64,000 bases of DNA from Thermodesulfobacteriota bacterium. Lineage in GTDB: Bacteria; Desulfobacterota; Desulfobulbia; Desulfobulbales; SURF-16. Positions 50,316 through 60,476 of this stretch are shown piece by piece. The position numbers were made by a program, and so were the translations under genes. Within the stretch, counting starts at the first letter, position 1. Every line of letters begins with the position of its first letter. Under the pieces are notes generated by a model that worked only from the letters and a program-made list of their open reading frames with translations, did not search any database and had not been told where the DNA came from. The DNA lies in contig JBDLIE010000001.1 in assembly GCA_039715015.1 (NCBI GenBank), forward strand, positions 32,001-96,000, read 5' to 3'.

Positions 50316-51797
50316 TTAATGTGCAGCCTCTCCCCTCTCCATTCCGTTTTTGGCGGCAGGCCGCAGGGCTGAAATCAGTACCGCCCCTATCCCAACTCCA
50401 AGAAAACAAAAATAGGATCGATGCAGGGCCTCAATGAAGCTTTGCGCGTGCTGCGGATTATAGTCCTTCATGTCCAGGCCGCCGCTTAGGTGTGAGAAAA
50501 AAAGCGCAAAGGAGAGGCTTGCCAGGGCAATGCCCAGCAGCATGCCCAAGGTGCGGGCGGTGGCCAGCAGGGCAGAGACTGTGCCGATATAGGGCTCGCC
50601 AATATTACGCAGGGCAGAGGCGCTATTTGGCGACAAAAAGAGAGAAAGCCCCACGCCAAAAAAACCTAAGCGTCCGGCAATGGGCCAAGGATTGCTGGTG
50701 ATGGAGAGGGTGGTGAAGGAGTAGAGGCCAAAGGTGCAGATAATCAGGCCCGAGGTGGCAACAATTCTGACATCGGTGAAGTCGGCCAGCCATCCGGCAA
50801 TGGGGGCGGTGATCAGGGCTGTAATAGGAATGGCCAACATAATGAGACCAATCTTTGAGGCAGGGAGGCCGAGAACCCGGTCAAGGTAAAAAGGAGTAAG
50901 AATGAGCACCGAAAAAAGGCAGAGGAAAATCATGGCTGCCGTGGCAACAGCAATGAGGAGAGATTTTTTCCGAAAGATAACAGCTGGAATGATGGCAGCG
51001 GGCTGTTCATGATCTGTGGGCGCTAGATTTGAAAGCATGCCTTCCCGCCGCACGAAGAAGAAGAGGGAGGTGAGGCAAATAGTCAAGCCTCCAGCCAGAA
51101 AAGAGGCTGAAGTTTTTGGGGCTGCAGCATGGCTGAGGACATATGAGCAGGAGATAAGAAGGCAGATCCACCAGAAGGCGCCTTGCCAGTCAAAAGGGTG
51201 GTAGGTGATGTCTTTCTGGTGGGAGCGCAGAAATATTTTTGCCAGCAGGCCCGCCGTTATACAGATGGGTGCCGGGAAAAGAAAGAGGCTGCGCCAGGAT
51301 GAGTATTCAATAAGAAAGCCCCCGAGGACCGGGCCAGTCATCAGTCCTAGAGAGGTGGCAATACCAATGAGGCCCAGGCTGCGGCCAAGTTGGTCTGAGC
51401 CAAAGGCTGTTTTTAGCATAGCTGGGCCATTGGCCATCATCATGGCGGCGCCCAGGGCCTGGACAAAGCGGAAAAGAATCATGAGCGGCAAGGAGCCAGC
51501 CCTTGAGCAGAGAAAAGAACCCAGGGCAAAAATAACCAGGCCGGAAATATAAATATTTTCCCGGCCAAGACGGTGGGAGACGTGGCCCCAGAAGAGCATG
51601 GTGGCAGAGGTGGTAAGGAGATAGATAAGCACCACACCCTCGGTGTGGGCCAGGGGGCTGTGGAACTCTGCCATGATCGAAGGCAGGGCGATGTTGACCA
51701 TGGAAGAGTCCATGGTGGCCAGAAAAACACCAGTTGCCACCAGAAAAAAAACCAGCCATTTAGCATTGTCAGAATTCATAAATAGGCGTGCAACCAC
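50316..51797 (-). CDS. MFS transporter, DHA2-like drug efflux
   Basis: MDSSMVNIALP, RFVQALGAAMM, GPVLGGFL; many TM helices. Confidence 0.88.
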   Translation of the reverse strand: MVARLFMNSDNAKWLVFFLVATGVFLATMDSSMVNIALPSIMAEFHSPLAHTEGVVLIYLLTTSATMLFWGHVSHRLGRENIYISGLVIFALGSFLCSRAGSLPLMILFRFVQALGAAMMMANGPAMLKTAFGSDQLGRSLGLIGIATSLGLMTGPVLGGFLIEYSSWRSLFLFPAPICITAGLLAKIFLRSHQKDITYHPFDWQGAFWWICLLISCSYVLSHAAAPKTSASFLAGGLTICLTSLFFFVRREGMLSNLAPTDHEQPAAIIPAVIFRKKSLLIAVATAAMIFLCLFSVLILTPFYLDRVLGLPASKIGLIMLAIPITALITAPIAGWLADFTDVRIVATSGLIICTFGLYSFTTLSITSNPWPIAGRLGFFGVGLSLFLSPNSASALRNIGEPYIGTVSALLATARTLGMLLGIALASLSFALFFSHLSGGLDMKDYNPQHAQSFIEALHRSYFCFLGVGIGAVLISALRPAAKNGMERGEAAH

Positions 51798-51950
51798 GGC
51801 AAGCGATTTCTGGTCCTGGAGCCTTCAGGTGCGGAAGTAAAATTTTTTAAGAGCATTCGGGGAATATTTTCGGTAGATTTCTCCTCATTAGATTACTGTG
51901 AAAGATCAGAAGCGTCTTTATAAAAATACAACGTAATAAGGATTTGTAAG

Positions 51951-52463
51951 ATGAAAGGATTTTCCTGGATGAGCAAAAATGCCCCCGTAGCTTTTTTGCT
52001 CTTAGTTTTGATGGCGTTTCATGGCGGAGTTGCCATGGCTGGTGCTAAAATGCCCCATTTTAGCCTGGAAGATGCAGCCACCGGTAAAGCGGTTGATAGC
52101 AGCACCTATGCTGGCAAGGCAAAGCTGGTGGTTTTCTTCGCCACGTGGTGTATGCCCTGCATGCAGGAAGTGCCGGCTTTGGTGGATCTCCAGAAAGAGT
52201 ATGGAGAGGACGGCTTCACCGTCATTGCTATCTCAGTGGACAAGCGTCTTGATAACGTTCAGAGCTTCATTAAAAAACAGCAGATCAATTATCCGGTGTT
52301 GATCTATGATGAACAGGTGATTTCTAATTTTGGCGGCATCCCCGGTCTGCCGACCACCTTTATGGTGGATAAAAAGGACAACGTGCTTAAAAAATATCCC
52401 GGTCTGGTACCCCACGCCCTCCTGGAGCGGGAGGTAAAACGTATGTTGGAAATTAAGGATTGA
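51951..52463 (+). CDS. TlpA family disulfide reductase
   Basis: FFATWCMPC, GLPTTF, signal/TM region. Confidence 0.9.
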   Translation: MKGFSWMSKNAPVAFLLLVLMAFHGGVAMAGAKMPHFSLEDAATGKAVDSSTYAGKAKLVVFFATWCMPCMQEVPALVDLQKEYGEDGFTVIAISVDKRLDNVQSFIKKQQINYPVLIYDEQVISNFGGIPGLPTTFMVDKKDNVLKKYPGLVPHALLEREVKRMLEIKD

Positions 52464-52614
52464 GAAGTGCTGCCTTCTGCTGAATAACTACTCATTTTCC
52501 CCCTTGACAACCATGGGAGGATTAAGTACTCAACTATCATCATTATGATTATGGGGGTATTTAAGAGCTCGAAACAATTTGAGTTTTTTAATAATACATC
52601 TAAAGGAGATGAAC

Positions 52615-52818
52615 ATGAAAAAAGTATTAGCATTCGCAATGGCCATGGCTTTCACCGTAAGCGCTGCATCTGTAAGCATGGCAGCCAGTGTAAAATGTAC
52701 CGTTAAAGCTGTTGATGGCAACACTGTAACCATGGATTGTAAAAAAGCCAGCAAGCTTAAGGCCGGTGATGCCGTAAGCGTGAAAGCAAAGAAAGCCAAA
52801 GCTATCGAGGGTTGTTAA
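52615..52818 (+). CDS. Small secreted protein, ExtJ-like (C-terminal EGC)
   Basis: RBS AAGGAG, signal peptide, short beta-rich mature part ending AIEGC; own terminator. Confidence 0.6.
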   Translation: MKKVLAFAMAMAFTVSAASVSMAASVKCTVKAVDGNTVTMDCKKASKLKAGDAVSVKAKKAKAIEGC

Positions 52819-52853
52819 GACCTTTCTCGATTACCTTTGAGTTTGATTTACTA

Positions 52854-52889
52854 ACCGCCTGTCCCAGATTGGGGCAGGCGGTTTTTTTT
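52854..52889 (+). terminator. Rho-independent terminator
   Basis: ACCGCCTGTCCC-agatt-GGGGCAGGCGGT followed by a T run. Confidence 0.85.
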
Positions 52890-53163
52890 ATGCCTTTATG
52901 TTATTGTTGAGTGCTGCCTTGCCGGGGGCGGCTCTGGGAGGGTAGGGGCGTTTGCCAATGTTGTTATTTTTAGAGTTTAGCCACGGAATCCACAGAAAAT
53001 ACTGAAAAAAGCCCCTGTTGTTTTTCCGTGGCCTAAAAAGAAGAGCTGCTGCTTTCTGTCCCTATCTGCCCAGCCGTAAATAGATAACCTGCCGAGTTGA
53101 CAGAAAAAATGATGTTAGCTACTCTCTGTTGAGAGATTTTTCTTTGGCCAATAACGAGATGAG

Positions 53164-54474
53164 ATGCCTGTGAAACAGAAACCGTCGGCAATAAATAGTA
53201 TCTGGTTGGCAATGGTGGTTCTTGCCACGGTGACCGCTGCCTATACCGGCAGAATGGACGAGGTGACAAAGGCCTCCTTTGATTCGGCTAAGGCCGGAGT
53301 AATGTTGGCCATCGGCCTCATTGGCCCCATGGCCCTCTGGCTCGGCATTATGAAGGTGGTTGAGGCCGGTGGTCTGATGAGGAGCATTGCCCGGGCTGTG
53401 CGCCCCCTAATGATCCGTCTTTTCCCGGATGTGCCGGCTGAGCACCCTGCCATGTCGGCCATGATCATGAATATGGCTGCCAACGCCTTGGGGCTGGGCA
53501 ATGCCGCCACGCCCATGGGCATCAAGGCCATGCAAGAGCTGGAAAAGCTGGCCCCGGAAAAGGGGACGGCCACCAATGCCATGTGCCTCTTTCTGGCTAT
53601 TAACACCTCTTCCGTGACTCTTTTGCCCTTGGGCGTCATCACGGTGCGAGCAGCGGCGGGTGCGACTAGTCCGGCAGCCATTTTGGTGCCCTCTCTGATA
53701 GCCACCATCTGTTCCACCTGTGTGGCCATTATCATGGCTAAAACTCTGGCCGCCAGAGAACAAGCGCCCTCAGTTATGAAACAAGGGGGGGCCTTGGCCG
53801 CTGATCAGGAGTTGCTCTCTCCGGAAAACAAAGAGGAGCTTTTTCCCCCAGGCCCCCTTGGCAAGGGGCTTGTTTGGTTGATGGTCGCTGCCTTTGTTGG
53901 CGGTATGGCCTATCAGACCATTCAGAATTCTCCTGCTTCCTTGTTTAATTCTAACAGTCTCAACGCCCTTTCTGCCTGGCTTGTCCCCATTCTCATTGCC
54001 GGACTGCTTATTTATGGCTACCTGCGGGGGGTCAAGGTCTATGAGACTTTAACAGAGGGGGCCAAGGAAGGCTTTAATACAGCGGTGCGCATTATCCCCT
54101 TCATGGTAGCGATCTTTGTCGCCATTGGCATGTTCCGGGCCAGCGGCGCCATGGATATCCTGATCAGGATCTGTACGCCCCTTACCTCGCTCATCAATAT
54201 GCCGGCGGAGTCTTTGGCCATGGCCTTTATGCGGCCCCTTTCCGGCAGCGGCGCCTTTGGCATCATGGGCGAAATTGTCAGCCAGGATCCGGACTCCTTT
54301 TTGTCCTTTCTGGTCTCCACCATGCAGGGCTCTACTGAAACCACCTTTTATGTTCTGGCCGTCTATTTCGGCAGCATTGGCATCAAGCGCACCCGTCATG
54401 CCCTGCCTGCCGCCCTCTGTGCCGACGCAGCAGGCGTGCTTGCCGCCGTGGCTGTCTGTAATCTTTGGTTTTGA
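53164..54474 (+). CDS. SpmA/SpmB fused nucleoside-recognition (Gate) membrane protein
   Basis: ANALGLGNAATPMGIKAM, RPLSGSGA, GSTETTFYVLAVYFGS. Confidence 0.88.
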   Translation: MPVKQKPSAINSIWLAMVVLATVTAAYTGRMDEVTKASFDSAKAGVMLAIGLIGPMALWLGIMKVVEAGGLMRSIARAVRPLMIRLFPDVPAEHPAMSAMIMNMAANALGLGNAATPMGIKAMQELEKLAPEKGTATNAMCLFLAINTSSVTLLPLGVITVRAAAGATSPAAILVPSLIATICSTCVAIIMAKTLAAREQAPSVMKQGGALAADQELLSPENKEELFPPGPLGKGLVWLMVAAFVGGMAYQTIQNSPASLFNSNSLNALSAWLVPILIAGLLIYGYLRGVKVYETLTEGAKEGFNTAVRIIPFMVAIFVAIGMFRASGAMDILIRICTPLTSLINMPAESLAMAFMRPLSGSGAFGIMGEIVSQDPDSFLSFLVSTMQGSTETTFYVLAVYFGSIGIKRTRHALPAALCADAAGVLAAVAVCNLWF

Positions 54475-54480
54475 TGAAGC

Positions 54481-54584
54481 AGAAATAAGGATTTGAGAAT
54501 TCAGGATTTGAGAAGGAGGGAGGGCCTGCGGCCCGTCTTTATTAATTTCTCAAATTCTCAACTACTTATTTCTCATCTTCTTAT
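54481..54584. repeat. Intergenic palindrome of ~7-bp units
   Basis: AGAAATAAGGATTTGAGAATTCAGGATTTGAGAA ... TTCTCAAATTCTCAACTACTTATTTCT; related element at 58472-58562. Confidence 0.55.
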
Positions 54585-55511
54585 CTACAACTCTATCTCC
54601 ATCCCTTCCCTGGCAAAAAAGATACGAAGCTCATCATCTGAACCTTCCTGGCAATAGATTTTTGCCAAGTCGTCATACTGGTCATCATTGCGCATGGGTT
54701 CGTGGTGGAAAAGGGCCATGGCTTTCACCTCGGCCTTTTTGGCCTGGGTAATGGCAAATTCGATGGAAGTGTGTCCCCAGCCCTGTTTGTCAGTCTCATA
54801 TTCTTGCTGGGTGTACTGGCTGTCTTGGATCAGAAGATCGGCCCCGGCAATGAATTGTTCAATGGCCTGGTTCTGTTCGGCAGCCACAAGCTCTCCCTCA
54901 GCCGCCATCATTTCATCATAGGAAGGATCATGGGGATCAGTAACAAAAACATTGGTGAAAGGTTCGGTGTCATAGGCCGTGCAAAATACCTTGTCGCGAT
55001 ATTCGAAACGATAGCCAAGGCAAAGGATGGGGTGGTTGAGATATTTGGTGGTGAGTTTGATGCCGTCCCCTAGGTCGAAACTCTCCTCCTTGAGCGGCGA
55101 ATAGGTAATCTCTGCCCCTAACTCAACCTCTCTGACAGGAAAATAACGGTAGGTGAGCTGGCCCCCCACAATTTTTTCCAGGGTGTCCTGCTCGTAGGAA
55201 ACCGGGCCGCATACCTTGAGTTTGGTGCCGCGAATATAGAGTGGTGCAAAAAAAGGAAAGCCCATGATATGGTCCCAGTGGGTGTGGGTGAGGTAGATTT
55301 CGGTGTCAATAGGACCATTGCCCAGGTCATGCTCCAGCATATGATTGCCAAGTTCCCGCAAGCCAGAGCCGGCATCAACGATGATCAGGCGATTAAGTTC
55401 GGGAAAACGGACCTCAATGCAGGCGGTGTTGCCGCCATACTTAATGGTGTGGGGACCAGGGCAGGGGATGGAGCCACGGACGCCCCAGAATTTTATTTTC
55501 ATGATGCTCAC
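54585..55511 (-). CDS. MBL-fold metallo-hydrolase (phosphodiesterase-like)
   Basis: FWGVRGSIP, DAGSG, THTHWDHI, GWGHTS, FHHEP. Confidence 0.88.
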   Translation of the reverse strand: MSIMKIKFWGVRGSIPCPGPHTIKYGGNTACIEVRFPELNRLIIVDAGSGLRELGNHMLEHDLGNGPIDTEIYLTHTHWDHIMGFPFFAPLYIRGTKLKVCGPVSYEQDTLEKIVGGQLTYRYFPVREVELGAEITYSPLKEESFDLGDGIKLTTKYLNHPILCLGYRFEYRDKVFCTAYDTEPFTNVFVTDPHDPSYDEMMAAEGELVAAEQNQAIEQFIAGADLLIQDSQYTQQEYETDKQGWGHTSIEFAITQAKKAEVKAMALFHHEPMRNDDQYDDLAKIYCQEGSDDELRIFFAREGMEIEL

Positions 55512-55568
55512 GCCTCACCTTTTGAATTGCCGGTGACACCGGCTCGATGGCTGTTCTCCAAAAAGGGC

Positions 55569-56453
55569 TTACCGGGCAACCTGGAGGAAGATCTGCGCCT
55601 TTTCAACCTCCATTTCCACTGTAGAATGGAGGGCTGATATCTCATGCCAGTCCATACCGCTGTCGTGGATAATCTGTTGAGCAAGGGCTGGCTCCTGGTA
55701 GTGATCTCCAGCAGAGCCGATCTCAAAAATATTGGCGTAGAGGTTGGCCAGGGCCACAGTTTTAACCAAGTTCCTGTTCTCATCCGTTGCCTTCTGGGGG
55801 GCATGGTGGTGCCAGAGAGTTTCAATCATATTATTGTTGAGCTGCCATTTGCGGGCAATGATTCGTCCTGCTGTGCGGTGGTCGAAACCGAAGATCATGG
55901 ATTCGGCCCGCACCAGGGAGCAGCGTTGTAGGTCGCATAATTCCAGAACCTTGCGGTAATCAGCAGGGAAGCAGTTACTCAAAGGAATTTTACCCAGGTC
56001 GTGGAGAAGACCGGCCACAAAGAATTCTTCGCGCTGGGCAAGGGGAACGCTGGCCTGGGTGGCAATGGCCTTGGCGGTAACTCCAACACTGATGGAGTGG
56101 GCCAGATAGTCATCCATGGAAAGACAGTCCATGCCTTCTTTGCCAACGCTGCCTAAAATTGCCGTGGACAGGGCCAGATTTTTAACGGTGTTAATGCCCA
56201 GCATGATGATTGCCCTGGTCAGGGAGGTAATCTGGTTGGGCAGGGAGTAATAGGCGGAGTTGATCAGCTTCAGGACTTGGCCGGTGAGGACAGGGTCAAG
56301 TGAAATGACACGGTTCAGGTCGTTTGGCGAGGTGGTGGGCTGATTGCAGACCTCCAGCACCTTGGTGACCGTGGTGGATAGGCTGGGCATCCGGTCAATA
56401 TATTCGCGGATTTTGTCCAGATGTTGTTGGGTAATCGGGTCTATGTCAGGCAT
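55569..56453 (-). CDS. HDOD domain protein
   Basis: DPVLTGQVLKLINSAYY, GLLHDLGK. Confidence 0.9.
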   Translation of the reverse strand: MPDIDPITQQHLDKIREYIDRMPSLSTTVTKVLEVCNQPTTSPNDLNRVISLDPVLTGQVLKLINSAYYSLPNQITSLTRAIIMLGINTVKNLALSTAILGSVGKEGMDCLSMDDYLAHSISVGVTAKAIATQASVPLAQREEFFVAGLLHDLGKIPLSNCFPADYRKVLELCDLQRCSLVRAESMIFGFDHRTAGRIIARKWQLNNNMIETLWHHHAPQKATDENRNLVKTVALANLYANIFEIGSAGDHYQEPALAQQIIHDSGMDWHEISALHSTVEMEVEKAQIFLQVAR

Positions 56454-56623
56454 GGATTGTTTTTATATTCGTAGCAAATTCGTTTTATTCTAATATGCTT
56501 GTGAAAGAGCGGTCAAGGAAAGGAAGAACAAGGAGGAGCAATAAAAAGGCTTTGCCTTGCCACCTCTTTACGGTAAAGAAACCCTGAAACTCTTTCCCAC
56601 CAAAATAAATTGAAGAAAAGATA

Positions 56624-58270
56624 ATGGCTGATAAAAAATATGGCATAGGAATCGACACCGGAGGAACTTTCACCGATGGCGTTTTAATCGATCTTGCCGA
56701 TAATTCCGTCCTGGCAACAGCAAAGAGTCCCACCACCCATTTTGAATTAAGCCAAGGCATCTCCATATGTCTGCGTGATATTCTGGTTGCCAGCAAGGTT
56801 AAGCCGCAGGATGTTGATCTTGTAGCGGTTTCCACCACTCTGGCCACCAATGCCGTTGTGGAGAACAAGGGCGATAACGTTGGCCTCATAGTTGCTGGTT
56901 TTGCCAAGCATTTCAGCCTGCCGGTGGTCTCCACCCTCTATGTTGACGGTGGCCATAATCTCCAGGGCGAGGAGGAAACCCCCCTTGACATGGAGGCGGT
57001 TATTCAGGCGGTCAGTGACCTGAAGGATCATGTCGACGCCTATGTGGTGTGCGCGGCCATGAGTATCAAGAACCCGGCCCATGAGCAGGTGATGGCCAAG
57101 GCCGTGAGTATGATTGATCCCCAGCCTGTTTTTATGTCCCATCAGGTCTCCCAGCGTCCAGGCGTCAAGGAAAGGGCGGCCACGGCGGTGTTAAATGCCC
57201 GCCTGCGCCCGGTGATGGAGGATTTTCTTATGGGCATGCAGGATTCCCTGGTGGCTTTGACCCTGGCCCATAATGTTATGATCATCCGCGGCGACGCCAC
57301 CCCCATGAATATTGTAGATACGCCACGTCAGGCCGCTTCCACCGTGGCCTCGGGGCCGGCGGCCACGGCATGGTATGGCCTGAGCTTTGCCCCGGATGAT
57401 GACGCGGTGATTGTTGACGTGGGTGGTACTACCACAGATATCACCATGGTTCGCGGCAGAAAACCAAGCATCACCGAGGATGGGAGTCTTATTGGCGAGT
57501 GGCAAACCCATGTTGACTCAGTGAAGATGTCCACTGTGGGGGCAGGCGGCGACAGCCATGCCGCCCTGGATGCCCGGGGTGAGTTAACCGTGGGGCCGGA
57601 TCGTGTATTGCCTCTGGCCATGGCAACAGATATTGCTTCTCCCAAAGAGTGGCTCGGCAAAGGGCTCAAATCCCGTCTTGTTGCTGTTTCTCCGGATCTC
57701 ACCGAAGAAGAGGCCAGTCATGATCTGGTGTTGGAGCATCTTTACAGGCATGGCCCAGCCACCCCCGGCATGTTGACCAGCCATTTCAAAATGGCTGAGA
57801 TTACCCTGGTCAGTCACCTGCGGGACCTGGTCAAGATGCAGCTTGCCTTTGAAACGGGTTTCACCCCCACCGATGCCCTCCATATCTTGGGTGAGCTTGA
57901 CCTTGGCAACAGGGACATGGCAAGGCAGGGGGCCGAAATCCTGGCGGATGAGTGCGGTATGGGCGTTGACGAGTTTGCCAGAGAGGTCCTTGCCCGCCTT
58001 GGTGAAAAGATTGAGGTCGCTATTCTTGATCATATCCTCGCTGAAGAGACAGGAAAGACCTTGTCCGGCTTCTATCCCAGTTACCTGAAGAGCCCGGTGC
58101 TTGATCTCCGTTTTCAGGTCAAGCTGAGCCTTGTTGGCATTGGCGCCGCTGCCCGCTTTATTCTGCCCCAGGTTGCCGAGCGTCTCGGCACAAAGGTGGT
58201 TTTCCCGGATCATTTTGAGGTGGGCAACGCCTTGGGCGCCATTCTCATGGCCAGTGACAGCAGGGCGTAA
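56624..58270 (+). CDS. Hydantoinase/oxoprolinase family protein
   Basis: GIDTGGTFTD, STTLATNA, SGPAA, DVGGTTTD, GGDS, EVGNALGA. Confidence 0.88.
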   Translation: MADKKYGIGIDTGGTFTDGVLIDLADNSVLATAKSPTTHFELSQGISICLRDILVASKVKPQDVDLVAVSTTLATNAVVENKGDNVGLIVAGFAKHFSLPVVSTLYVDGGHNLQGEEETPLDMEAVIQAVSDLKDHVDAYVVCAAMSIKNPAHEQVMAKAVSMIDPQPVFMSHQVSQRPGVKERAATAVLNARLRPVMEDFLMGMQDSLVALTLAHNVMIIRGDATPMNIVDTPRQAASTVASGPAATAWYGLSFAPDDDAVIVDVGGTTTDITMVRGRKPSITEDGSLIGEWQTHVDSVKMSTVGAGGDSHAALDARGELTVGPDRVLPLAMATDIASPKEWLGKGLKSRLVAVSPDLTEEEASHDLVLEHLYRHGPATPGMLTSHFKMAEITLVSHLRDLVKMQLAFETGFTPTDALHILGELDLGNRDMARQGAEILADECGMGVDEFAREVLARLGEKIEVAILDHILAEETGKTLSGFYPSYLKSPVLDLRFQVKLSLVGIGAAARFILPQVAERLGTKVVFPDHFEVGNALGAILMASDSRA

Positions 58271-58273
58271 GAG

Positions 58274-58462
58274 GTGAGACCTGAATCTGAACGTCATGAC
58301 GATTCTGTCCCCGCCTTGGCAGAGTTAAAGCTCAAAATTCATCCAGACCTCTATCGGGCCTTTCAGAGATGCACCTGGATTCTTGTCCATGAGACTGGTC
58401 GTACTCAGATTGATGTCATGGATGAAATGGTTGAAGATTTTCTGCGCAAGCACGGTTGTTAA
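58274..58462 (+). CDS. Small hypothetical protein
   Basis: 62 aa, begins 3 nt after the preceding stop. Confidence 0.55.
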   Translation: MRPESERHDDSVPALAELKLKIHPDLYRAFQRCTWILVHETGRTQIDVMDEMVEDFLRKHGC

Positions 58463-58471
58463 AGAAGTAAA

Positions 58472-58562
58472 AAGTTGAGAAATAAGAATTTGAGAAGGTG
58501 GTGTTTTTCTTGATGAAGAGCCCTGTCTCCTCCTTATTTCATAAATTCTTATTCCTCAACTT
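58472..58562. repeat. Intergenic palindrome of ~7-bp units
   Basis: AGTTGAGAAATAAGAATTTGAGAA ... TTCATAAATTCTTATTCCTCAACTT. Confidence 0.55.
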
Positions 58563-58658
58563 CATCACCCCTCCCCTCTCCATTCTCAAAAAAAAATTAT
58601 CAGATTGTCATTCCTGCCGATGGGGAAAGTATCGGGGAATTATTTTTGAGGTGGTGTC

Positions 58659-59725
58659 ATGAAAATAGAAGCAAGTTTTGTCCGGCAGGAATCCCAACAT
58701 CTGTATCGCCAGGAAAGCGTTAAAAAGGAGTCTTTATTCGCCTGGGTTGGCGATGAACGTCCTGATCCTGAAGGTCAGCGGGCCCGTCGTGCTGATGGGC
58801 TAACTATTTCAGCGGCGTCTCGCAAGCTGGCCGGTCAGGGAAAAGGACTTGCCTTGGCCAAGATGAAAGATGCTGAGGGCTGTCAGAAATGTGAAAGTGC
58901 CGAAAGTGGTGATCCTAAATTAGAGGCCATGCGCCTTGTCGTAGAGGCGATTACCGGTCGGAAAATTGTTATCCGGAAGGTTCGGCTGGATGTAGGGGTT
59001 GAGGTCAATGTGGCGGAGGCAGATGCAGCCCAGCAAAACAAAGGAGCTGAAAGGGAAGGCTGGGGCCTTGAGTATGATTATTTCAGGGTTATTCTGAAGA
59101 GGAAAGCCTGAGCTATGCCGCCTCAGGAGTAATCGTCACCGCGGATGGCCAGGAGATTTCTTTTTCTCTCGATATGGCCATGTCCCGCTCTTTTTACGAA
59201 TCCACAGAAATCCATATCCGCGCAGGGGATGCCAGGCTGGTTGATCCCCTGGTGATTAACTTTGCTGGCAAGGCGGCTGAGCTTGCCGATGCCACCTTCA
59301 CCTTTGATCTTGAAGGAGACGGCCAGGAGGAAGAGCTGCATACCCTTGCTGCGGGCAGTGCTTTTTTGGCGCTGGACCGGAATGGCGACGGGGTAATTAA
59401 TGGTGGTAAAGAGCTCTTTGGGCCCCAGTCAGGCCATGGGTTCTCGGAGCTGGCCGCCTACGACGAGGATAAAAACGGCTGGATTGATGAGAATGACGCA
59501 GTTTTTAAAGAGCTTGTGGCCTGGATTAAGGATCAGGATGGCAATGATAAGCTGGCGCCGGTGATGGATCTTGGTATCGGCGCCCTCTATCTTGCTGGTT
59601 TGGAAGGAGAGTTTTCCCTCACCGATGCCAATAACGAAATGATGGGCCAAATTCGCGAGACCTCAGTTTTTGTCAAAGAAGACGGTGGGGTGGGGACCAT
59701 CCAGGAGCTTGATCTTGTCGTCTAG
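58659..59725 (+). pseudogene. Hypothetical protein with Ca-binding-like DxNxDG repeats, one apparent frameshift near 59083
   Basis: Adding one base at ATTATTTCAG joins both ORFs: EYDYFQGYSEEESLSYAASGVIVTADGQEISF...DPLVIN...LALDRNGDGVIN. Confidence 0.6.
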
Positions 59726-59754
59726 CTTGTCACTACCTCTTCTAGAAAAATGAT

Positions 59755-59789
59755 GCCCCAGTCTTCTGCAGGCCGGGGTAGTTTTTTTT
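59755..59789 (+). terminator. Rho-independent terminator
   Basis: GCCCCAGTC...GGCCGGGGT followed by a T8 run. Confidence 0.6.
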
Positions 59790-59871
59790 GTTCTGCTCTT
59801 TACGGCAACTTTCGCTAGAATTAACTTGGTGATTAGGTCGAGAAACCTGAAAAATATTTGGCGGAGAGGTT

Positions 59872-60438
59872 ATGACGAGACTTGTGACGAATATGCTTGT
59901 GTTGGCAGCCGTGCTTGCCTGTGGTGGAGGCTGCGCCCGGCACGTTATGGTGGATTATGATAAATCCATCAATTTTGCCAGCTACCATCGCTATGCCATT
60001 CAAGCAAAGGCGGCAGAGTCCAGTAAAGATCCTCGCCTAGACAGTCACCTTATCGATAAACGCATCACTTTGGCCCTTGAAAGAGAGCTGGCCGGGAAAG
60101 GATTTGCTCTTAGTCAGGATGGCCATGATTTTCAGGTCAGCTACCAGCTCAACCTCAACCAGGAAATCGCTGCGGATCAAAACGGGGTGAGTATGGTTTT
60201 CGGAACAGGGGGAAGAAGAAGCAGCTTCGGGCTCGGCTATCACTTCCCAAGCGGGGATGTGGAATCGTACGAAAAAGTTTTGCTCACCATCGATATGATG
60301 GCGGCCGAGACAGGCCACCTTGTCTGGCGCGGCACTGGAACCAAGAGGTTTATGAGTGAAGCGAACCCCGGCCAGCTTGATTCCTTTTTTAACGGTCTGG
60401 TCCGCAAGGTGTTACGCTCCTTCCCTCCCACCAAATAA
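59872..60438 (+). CDS. DUF4136 domain lipoprotein
   Basis: Lipobox-like Cys, DYD...YHRY, LTIDM, LVWRG, end SFPP. Confidence 0.8.
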   Translation: MTRLVTNMLVLAAVLACGGGCARHVMVDYDKSINFASYHRYAIQAKAAESSKDPRLDSHLIDKRITLALERELAGKGFALSQDGHDFQVSYQLNLNQEIAADQNGVSMVFGTGGRRSSFGLGYHFPSGDVESYEKVLLTIDMMAAETGHLVWRGTGTKRFMSEANPGQLDSFFNGLVRKVLRSFPPTK

Positions 60439-60476
60439 ACGAACTCTAAAATCTATAAAATAAATTGCGATCGCTT

